This document shows positions 27,624 to 32,948 of a DNA stretch of 32,948 nucleotides, in pieces. Source of the DNA: Vicinamibacterales bacterium (GTDB taxonomy: Bacteria > Acidobacteriota > Vicinamibacteria > Vicinamibacterales > UBA2999). The DNA is taken from the NCBI GenBank assembly GCA_035635535.1, contig DASQAX010000406.1, positions 1 to 32,948 on the forward strand, in the 5' to 3' direction. Every line of letters begins with the position of its first letter. Position 1 is the first letter of the stretch. Under the pieces are notes generated by a model. It ran no database searches, was not told the DNA's origin, and was given only the letters and a program-made list of their open reading frames with translations. The position numbers and the translations under genes are program-made.

Positions 27624-28750
27624 GCGAGGATGTGTCCCTTCTGAAATGCGTCGACGGCCGACGCTACGTGGTCGATGTCCCGGTCGCTCGAGCGTGGATG
27701 CAGCGGCAGCGACAGGATCTCCCGGGCGGCGCGCGCGGCAACGGGGCATGGCTGCCGCGTGAACGCGGCGAACGCGGGCTGCTGCGGCAACGGCACCGGG
27801 TAGTGAATCAGCGTCTCGACACCCGATGCGCGCAGGTGCGCCTGCAGCGCGTCACGCTCCCCCGAGCGCACGACGAACAGATGGTACACGTGCCCGTGGT
27901 CGCGCTCCTCGAGCGGCCGGGCCTCCCGGCTTCGCTCGGCGCCGGACGCGCCCGACAGCGCACGGCGGTACGACGCCGCGAGCGTTCGCCGGCGATCGGT
28001 CCATCGTGGCAGCAGCGGCAGCCGCGCGCGCAGCACGGCCGCCTGCAGGTCGTCGAGGCGGCTGTTGACGCCCGCGTCGGCGTGGACGTAGCGATCGATC
28101 TGTCCGCCGTTGCGCAGGCGGCGGATCCTGTCCGCGACCGACGGATCGCTGGTGACGATCGCGCCCCCGTCGCCAAGCGCGCCGAGGTTCTTGGTCGGGT
28201 AGAAGCTGAAGGCGCCGCCGACGCCGCGGGTGCCGACCGGCGTCCCGCGGTGCGTGGCGAGATGCGCCTGGCAGCAGTCCTCGATGACGGCGATCGAATG
28301 GCGGCGCGCGATCGAGTGCAGCGCCTCCATGTCGGCGGCCTGGCCGTACAGGTGCACGGGAACGATCGCGACCGTGCGCGGCGTGATCGCCGCCTCGCAG
28401 GCCGCTGGATCCAAAGTCAGCGTGGGCGGCTCGACGTCGGCGAAGACAGGCGTTCCGCCGGCAAGCAGGACCGCGAGTCCCGTGTAGGCGGCGGTCAGCG
28501 CCGGGACGATCACCTCGTCGCCCGGCCTGACGTCGATCGCGCGCAGCAGCAGCGCGATGGCGTCGGTGCCGCTGCCGACGCCGACCGCGTGCGGCGCGCC
28601 GCAGGCCGCGGCGAATTCCGCCTCGAACGCCTCGACCTCCGGTCCGAGCACGAACCACCCGCGCGCGATCACGCGATCGATCGCGGCCCGCACGGCCTCG
28701 GCGTCCTCGCCCGGACGGAGGTCGATGAAGGGGATCCGCTCCGGTGTCAC
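27620..28750 (-). CDS. DegT/DnrJ/EryC1/StrS-family PLP-dependent sugar aminotransferase
   Basis: The GTG start at 28750 overlaps the upstream stop (GTGA). 'GSGTDAIALLLRA', 'VPVHLYGQAADM' and the PLP-Lys block 'AFSFYPTKNLGALGDGGA'. The N-terminal 224 aa of the 600-aa track ORF are an artefact. Confidence 0.9.
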   Translation of the reverse strand: MTPERIPFIDLRPGEDAEAVRAAIDRVIARGWFVLGPEVEAFEAEFAAACGAPHAVGVGSGTDAIALLLRAIDVRPGDEVIVPALTAAYTGLAVLLAGGTPVFADVEPPTLTLDPAACEAAITPRTVAIVPVHLYGQAADMEALHSIARRHSIAVIEDCCQAHLATHRGTPVGTRGVGGAFSFYPTKNLGALGDGGAIVTSDPSVADRIRRLRNGGQIDRYVHADAGVNSRLDDLQAAVLRARLPLLPRWTDRRRTLAASYRRALSGASGAERSREARPLEERDHGHVYHLFVVRSGERDALQAHLRASGVETLIHYPVPLPQQPAFAAFTRQPCPVAARAAREILSLPLHPRSSDRDIDHVASAVDAFQKGHILA

Positions 28751-29772
28751 AGGCTCGCGACCTGTTCGCCGGCGGCTGGGACGTACCGGTCGAAGTGCGC
28801 GCGATAGAAGTCGAACGTGCGCTTGAGCCCCTCGGCGAGCAGCACCGCCGGCTTCCATCCGAGCGCGGCCGCAATCTTCGACGAGTCGGCGTAGAAATCG
28901 CCGATGTCGATCGCCTTCTTCTCCGGCGGCCACGGCGTGCAGCTGAAGCGTCCCGAGCCGGCGATGCGGATCATCAGCTCGACGAGGTCGCGATGCCGGA
29001 TCGGTTCGAGGCCGCCGACGTTGAACGCCTCGCCGTTCGACACGTCGCTGGCGCCCGCTCGAAGAAACGCATCGACCGCGTCGTCGACGTAGACGAAGTC
29101 GCGGAGCTGCGTGCCGTCGCCGAAGATCTGAACCTCGTTGTCCTCGAGCACGAGCCGCACGAACCAGCCGATGAAACCCTGCCGGCTGTGCTTCAGGAGC
29201 TGGCGCGGCCCGTACACGTTCGTCAGGCGCAGCGAACAGGCGCGGATGCCGAACACGTTGTTGTAGACGAGATGGTAGTACTCGCCGGCCGCCTTGTTGA
29301 TGCCGTTGACGTCGGTCGGGCGGACCAGGTGCGTTTCGGTGACGGGCAGGCTGTCGGGACGGCCGTAGATTTGCCGCGTGCCCGCGAAGACGACTTTCAC
29401 CCCGGGATTGTTGCGACGGCACGCCTCGAGCAGCGTGAGCTGGCTGCGGCAGTTGATCTCGAGGTCGGTGTAGGGATCCTCCAGGCTGTCGATGTGACTC
29501 ACCTGTCCGGCCAGGTTGAAGATCACATCCTGCCCCTGCACCAGGTAGTTCATCGTCGTCTGCTGGCGGATGTCGGCGATGTTGACGCGGACACGGTTCT
29601 CGATGCCGTGGACGTTGAAGAGATTTCCGCCGTAGGCCGGGATGAGGGAATCGACGATCAGGACGCGCGCGCCGAGCGTCACGAGATGGTGCGCGAGGTT
29701 GCTCCCGATGAACCCGAGGCCGCCGGTAATCATCACCGGCCGATCGCGATAGAACTCGCGATACGACGTCAC
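28747..29772 (-). CDS. Extended SDR sugar-nucleotide epimerase/dehydratase-like protein with non-canonical active-site motif
   Basis: The GTG start at 29772 overlaps the upstream stop (GTGA). 'VMITGGLGFIGSNL' Rossmann motif and 'FAGTRQIYG'. The expected YxxxK position reads 'NGINK' (29293-29307). Confidence 0.85.
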   Translation of the reverse strand: MTSYREFYRDRPVMITGGLGFIGSNLAHHLVTLGARVLIVDSLIPAYGGNLFNVHGIENRVRVNIADIRQQTTMNYLVQGQDVIFNLAGQVSHIDSLEDPYTDLEINCRSQLTLLEACRRNNPGVKVVFAGTRQIYGRPDSLPVTETHLVRPTDVNGINKAAGEYYHLVYNNVFGIRACSLRLTNVYGPRQLLKHSRQGFIGWFVRLVLEDNEVQIFGDGTQLRDFVYVDDAVDAFLRAGASDVSNGEAFNVGGLEPIRHRDLVELMIRIAGSGRFSCTPWPPEKKAIDIGDFYADSSKIAAALGWKPAVLLAEGLKRTFDFYRAHFDRYVPAAGEQVASL

Positions 29773-30581
29773 GGCTTGGTCGATTCGGGCGAGGACGCGC
29801 CGCTGATCGTCGGGTTGCGGAAGAGGACGGGCGAGGTCGTCCGGCCGCGGCCGAGGACCACGAGCTTCACCCAGAGGCGCAGCACGTCGATCCCCGTCCA
29901 GAAGACCCGCTTGAAGTTGAAGAACTGCGAGCGCCCGTGCAGCCGGTGATAGTGGTGCACCGGCACCTCGACGACGCGGAAGCCCGCGTCCTGGATCTTC
30001 CGCATCATCTCGAGGCAGATGACGCCGGTGTCCTTCTCGAGCTTGACGCGATCGAAGATCTCACGCCGCATCAGGCGGAAGTCGCAGTCCACGTCGCGGA
30101 CGTGCAGGCGGAAGAGCAGCTTCACGGTGTGGTGGTAGATGCGGCCGATCACGACGCGGTGCAACGGGTCGGAGCGGCTGATCTTGTAGCCGTTCACCAT
30201 GTCGGCCTCGGGCGTGAGGCTGTTCCACAACACCGGTAACTCCGCCGGATCGTACTGGGCGTCGCCGTCGGTGTAGGCGATCAGCTCCTTGGTCGCCGCG
30301 GCGAAGCCGGTGCGCAGCGCGGCGCCGTACCCGCGGTTCCGGGAGTGATGAATCGCCCGCACGTTCGGATAGGTGCGCACGAGGTCGTCGAGGATGTCGC
30401 GCGTCGAATCGGTGCTGCCGTCGTTGACGACGATGACCTCGAAATCGGGCGTCAGGCGCCCCGCGACCTGCACGGCGAGGATGACGAGGCTCGCGATCGT
30501 GCCGCCGTCGTTATAGGCGGGGAAGAACATGCTGAGCCCGGTCGGACGTGTCGGGCGCGCGTTGACCATGGATCGATTCAT
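29769..30581 (-). CDS. GT2 glycosyltransferase, DPM1/DPG-synthase-like (polyprenyl-phosphate sugar synthase type)
   Basis: 'FFPAYNDGGTI', 'VVNDGSTDST', 'TDGDAQYDP' and 'DVDCDFRLMRREIF'. Hydrophobic C-terminal helix 'VFWTGIDVLRLWVKLVVLG'. ATG 30581 lies 1 nt after the upstream TAA. ATG 30569 is an alternative. Confidence 0.8.
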   Translation of the reverse strand: MNRSMVNARPTRPTGLSMFFPAYNDGGTIASLVILAVQVAGRLTPDFEVIVVNDGSTDSTRDILDDLVRTYPNVRAIHHSRNRGYGAALRTGFAAATKELIAYTDGDAQYDPAELPVLWNSLTPEADMVNGYKISRSDPLHRVVIGRIYHHTVKLLFRLHVRDVDCDFRLMRREIFDRVKLEKDTGVICLEMMRKIQDAGFRVVEVPVHHYHRLHGRSQFFNFKRVFWTGIDVLRLWVKLVVLGRGRTTSPVLFRNPTISGASSPESTKP

Positions 30582-30582
30582 T

Positions 30583-31293
30583 TTAGGTCGATTTCGGGCG
30601 TGCCGCGAGACGCCACGGCACGATCGCGGACTCGACAATCACCATCCAGGACAGCTTCGACGCGCCTTCGCGCCGCTCGACGAACGTGATTGGCACCTCG
30701 GCGCAGCGCAGCCCCGCCCGCGATGCCTCCCACGCGAGCTCGACGATGAACGCGTACCCGTCGGATCGAATCGAGGCGAGCGGCATCCGTTCGAGCGCTT
30801 CGCGCCGCCAGCAGCGGAAGCCGCTCGTGCAGTCGCGAATCGTCAGGCGCGTGATCGCGCGGATGTAGTGGTTGGCGAACGCGCTGAGCATCCGCCGGTG
30901 CAGCGGCCAGTTCTCGATGCGGCCGCCGGGCACGTATCGCGAGCCGATGACGAAATCGGCGGTCGCCGCCGCCTCGAGCAGACGAGGGACGTCGGCCGGG
31001 TTGTGCGAGAGGTCCGCATCCATCTGGCAGATGTGGGTCGCGTCGGTGCGCAGGGCGACGTACATGCCGTCGATGTACGAGAGGCCCAGGCCGCGCCTGC
31101 CGCTCCGGTGGAGGACCTGCACGCGCGCGCGGTTGGCCGCCGCGTAGTCGTCCGCCACCCCGCCGGTGCCGTCCGGCGAGGCGTCGTCCACGATCAGGAC
31201 GCGCAGGTTGTCGAGCGCGAGCAGCTGCTCGAGCAGCAGCGGCAGGTTCGCACGCTCGTTGTACGTGGGAACGATGACCAGCGGCCGCATCAC
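30583..31293 (-). CDS. Polyprenol-monophosphomannose synthase-like GT2 (soluble DPM1/Ppm1 type)
   Basis: 'IVPTYNERANL', 'IVDDASPDGT', 'QMDADLSHNP', 'GSRYVPGG' and 'DCTSGFRCWRRE'. 236 aa. GTG 31293 and ATG 31290 are both possible starts. Confidence 0.85.
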   Translation of the reverse strand: MMRPLVIVPTYNERANLPLLLEQLLALDNLRVLIVDDASPDGTGGVADDYAAANRARVQVLHRSGRRGLGLSYIDGMYVALRTDATHICQMDADLSHNPADVPRLLEAAATADFVIGSRYVPGGRIENWPLHRRMLSAFANHYIRAITRLTIRDCTSGFRCWRREALERMPLASIRSDGYAFIVELAWEASRAGLRCAEVPITFVERREGASKLSWMVIVESAIVPWRLAARPKST

Positions 31294-31297
31294 CGTG

Positions 31298-32161
31298 CTA
31301 GGTTCGCGGGCCCGCGAAGCGCAGCGACGCGACCTGCTCGGACACGAGGCCGACGAGGAACACGATGACCGCGAAGAGGATCAGGATCACCGCGCCGTTG
31401 GGTATCTTGCCGGTCGCGATCATGTTCCAGACGCCGTAGATCGATCCGACGGCGAAGGACAGGGCGCTGAGCGGCAGGAAGATGCGCAGCGGGCTGAAGA
31501 GCGTCACGATCTTCAGGAGGATCAGCAGGAAGCGCGCGCCGTCGTGCGCGAAGCGGATCTTCGACCGGCCGCTCCGCCGCCGCGCGTCGATCGGCTCGAA
31601 CGCGACGTTGTAGCCCGCCTTGATGAAGGCGAGCGTCGTCGTCGTCGGCGTCGAGAAGCCGTTCGGAAGCAGGTGGATGAATTCGCGGAGGCATTCGGTC
31701 CGCGCGCCGCGGAACCCCGACGTCAGATCGGGGATCGGGCGGCTCGTGAGGTAGCTCGCCAGGTTGTTCAACAGCGCGTTGCCGGCGCGGCGGGCGGTGG
31801 AGGCCTGCGTCGCGCCGTTGCGCGCGCCGATCACCAGGTCGAAATCGCCGAGTCGTGCGGCGATGCGCCGCGCATCCTCGGGCGGATGCTGGCCGTCCGC
31901 GTCGACGATCAGCACGAATTCGCCGCTCGCCCGGCGGATGCCCGTCTTCACCGCGGCGCCGTTGCCCTTGTTGTACGGATGCCGGACGACGCACGCGCCC
32001 GCCTCGCGCGCCCTCGCGCCCGTGTCGTCCGCGGACCCGTCGTCCACGACGATGATCTCGCGCCATCCGGCGGCGCCGCGCAGCTGCGAGACGACGGCGC
32101 CGATGGCGTCCGCCTCGTTCATCGCGGGGATGACGATGGAGACGTCGGAACAGTCAGCCAA
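31298..32161 (-). CDS. GT2 glycosyltransferase, GtrB/ArnC-like with two C-terminal TM helices
   Basis: The TTG start at 32161 overlaps the upstream stop by 8 nt. 'VIPAMNEADAI', 'VVDDGSADDT', 'VDADGQHPP' and 'DLTSGFRGARTE'. C-terminal 'FLLILLKIVTLFSPLRIFLPLSALSFAVG' and 'AVILILFAVIVFLVGLV'. Confidence 0.8.
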   Translation of the reverse strand: MADCSDVSIVIPAMNEADAIGAVVSQLRGAAGWREIIVVDDGSADDTGARAREAGACVVRHPYNKGNGAAVKTGIRRASGEFVLIVDADGQHPPEDARRIAARLGDFDLVIGARNGATQASTARRAGNALLNNLASYLTSRPIPDLTSGFRGARTECLREFIHLLPNGFSTPTTTTLAFIKAGYNVAFEPIDARRRSGRSKIRFAHDGARFLLILLKIVTLFSPLRIFLPLSALSFAVGSIYGVWNMIATGKIPNGAVILILFAVIVFLVGLVSEQVASLRFAGPRT

Positions 32162-32948
32162 GGAGCTGCTCGATGACGCCGTCCCAGGTAATCGTGCGCG
32201 CGGCCGAGTGCCCGGCGCGGCCGAGACGCTCGGCGAGCGCCCGGTCGCCAGCGAGCCTGTCGATGGCGGCCGCAAGCGCCGGCGCGTCGGGCGCGCAGAC
32301 GAGTCCGTTGACGCCGTCGCGCACGAACTCGAGCGTGCCGCCGGAGTCGGTGGCCGTGATCACGGGCCGTGCCGCGAGAAACGCCTCGAGCGTCACGTAT
32401 CCGTAGTCTTCGTCGAAGGGCGCGTAGAGGACGGCCCGGGCGCCGGCGTAGAGGTCCGCAACCGCGTCGCCCCACAACGCACCGGCGAATGTAATCCGGT
32501 TCGCAGCGCCGCGTTGCGCGGCTTCGCGTTCGAGCGCGGCGCGCCGGGAGCCGTCGCCGACGATGACGAGGCGGATCGGCGCGGTCACGTGCGTCATCGC
32601 GGCAATCGCGAGGTCCACGCGCTTCAGCGGCTCGAGACGCGACACGAGCAGGATGTAGTCGCCGTACGCGCCGGCGTGCAGGCGATCGGCAATCGGCGGC
32701 GGATGGTACAACGGTCGGGCGGCAATGCCGTTGAACCGCTGCAGACGGTCGGCCGTGTTCTTCGCGTTGGTGACGATCGTGCCGCATTCCGCGAACATCC
32801 TGGAATCCATGGCCGCAATCCGTTCGCGCAGCCGCCTGTCCTCGTCGGTGCCGGTGAAGTCGCTGTACGGCGTGCCGTAGAGATCGTACGCGGGCCGATG
32901 CTGGTGAATCAGCCAGACGACCTTGCGCGGATGGCGCGCGAACCAGGT
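32154..32948 (-). CDS. GT4 (GT-B fold, group 1) glycosyltransferase; N-terminal part lies beyond the window
   Basis: The frame stays open to the window edge (..TWFARHPRKVVWLIHQHRPAYDLYGTPYSDF..). C-terminal E-x7-E region 'YGYVTLEAFLAARPVITATDSGGTLEFV'. The track start at 32810 is only an internal Met. Confidence 0.85.
   Translation of the reverse strand, partial: TWFARHPRKVVWLIHQHRPAYDLYGTPYSDFTGTDEDRRLRERIAAMDSRMFAECGTIVTNAKNTADRLQRFNGIAARPLYHPPPIADRLHAGAYGDYILLVSRLEPLKRVDLAIAAMTHVTAPIRLVIVGDGSRRAALEREAAQRGAANRITFAGALWGDAVADLYAGARAVLYAPFDEDYGYVTLEAFLAARPVITATDSGGTLEFVRDGVNGLVCAPDAPALAAAIDRLAGDRALAERLGRAGHSAARTITWDGVIEQLLG

Overview
This is a GC-rich bacterial chromosomal segment with very strong G/C at codon position 3, which is why the track holds many long spurious antisense ORFs. 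I support 33 protein genes plus one candidate micro-ORF. Of these, 29 are on the minus strand, and most are chained by 1-16 nt start/stop overlaps (ATGA, GTGA, TAGTG), so they form a few long operons.

Gene blocks, left to right:
- MBL-fold hydrolase and M20 dipeptidase (+).
- A DUF2007 gene.
- A co-directional minus-strand run from 13323 down to 2409: FadN-type 3-hydroxyacyl-CoA dehydrogenase/enoyl-CoA hydratase, two alpha/beta hydrolases, thiolase, large acyl-CoA dehydrogenase, DUF1684 lipoprotein, HAD phosphatase, SirB1-like transglutaminase/TPR protein, a possible 40-aa membrane micro-ORF, and a cytochrome c + PQQ-like propeller protein.
- An MFS transporter (+).
- An ABC-2 exporter / MaoC / amidinotransferase-fold operon.
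- A fused E1 alpha/beta 2-oxoacid dehydrogenase plus a secreted protein.
- Cupin and DoxX (+).
- Rhomboid, MurJ and YqeY.
- A 9-gene translationally coupled glycan/amino-sugar operon: GT4, three DPM1-like GT2s, two SDRs, a DegT aminotransferase, an STN/proline-rich protein and a large GNAT.

I found no rRNA, tRNA, CRISPR, transposase, integrase, phage or recognisable defence genes. I do not see a convincing novel multi-protein system; the window reads as core chromosome.

The signals that gene annotation does not explain are non-coding:
1. A 279-bp gene-free island (17625-17903) packed with nested inverted repeats. It includes a roughly 30-bp hairpin whose wobble pairs only work on the plus strand.
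2. A family of GTAG-headed REP-like hairpins at 6602-6690 and 24751-24817, with a remnant at 2382-2392.
3. A copy of that hairpin sitting in frame inside the FadN-like CDS.
4. Perfect 12-bp inverted repeats plus CCTTCGTG arrays bracketing the DUF2007 gene.

Smaller oddities are also listed: an SDR with N in place of the catalytic Y, three consecutive polyprenyl-phosphate-type GT2s, and leaderless-type start contexts. All family assignments rest on motif recognition by eye. No searches were run.
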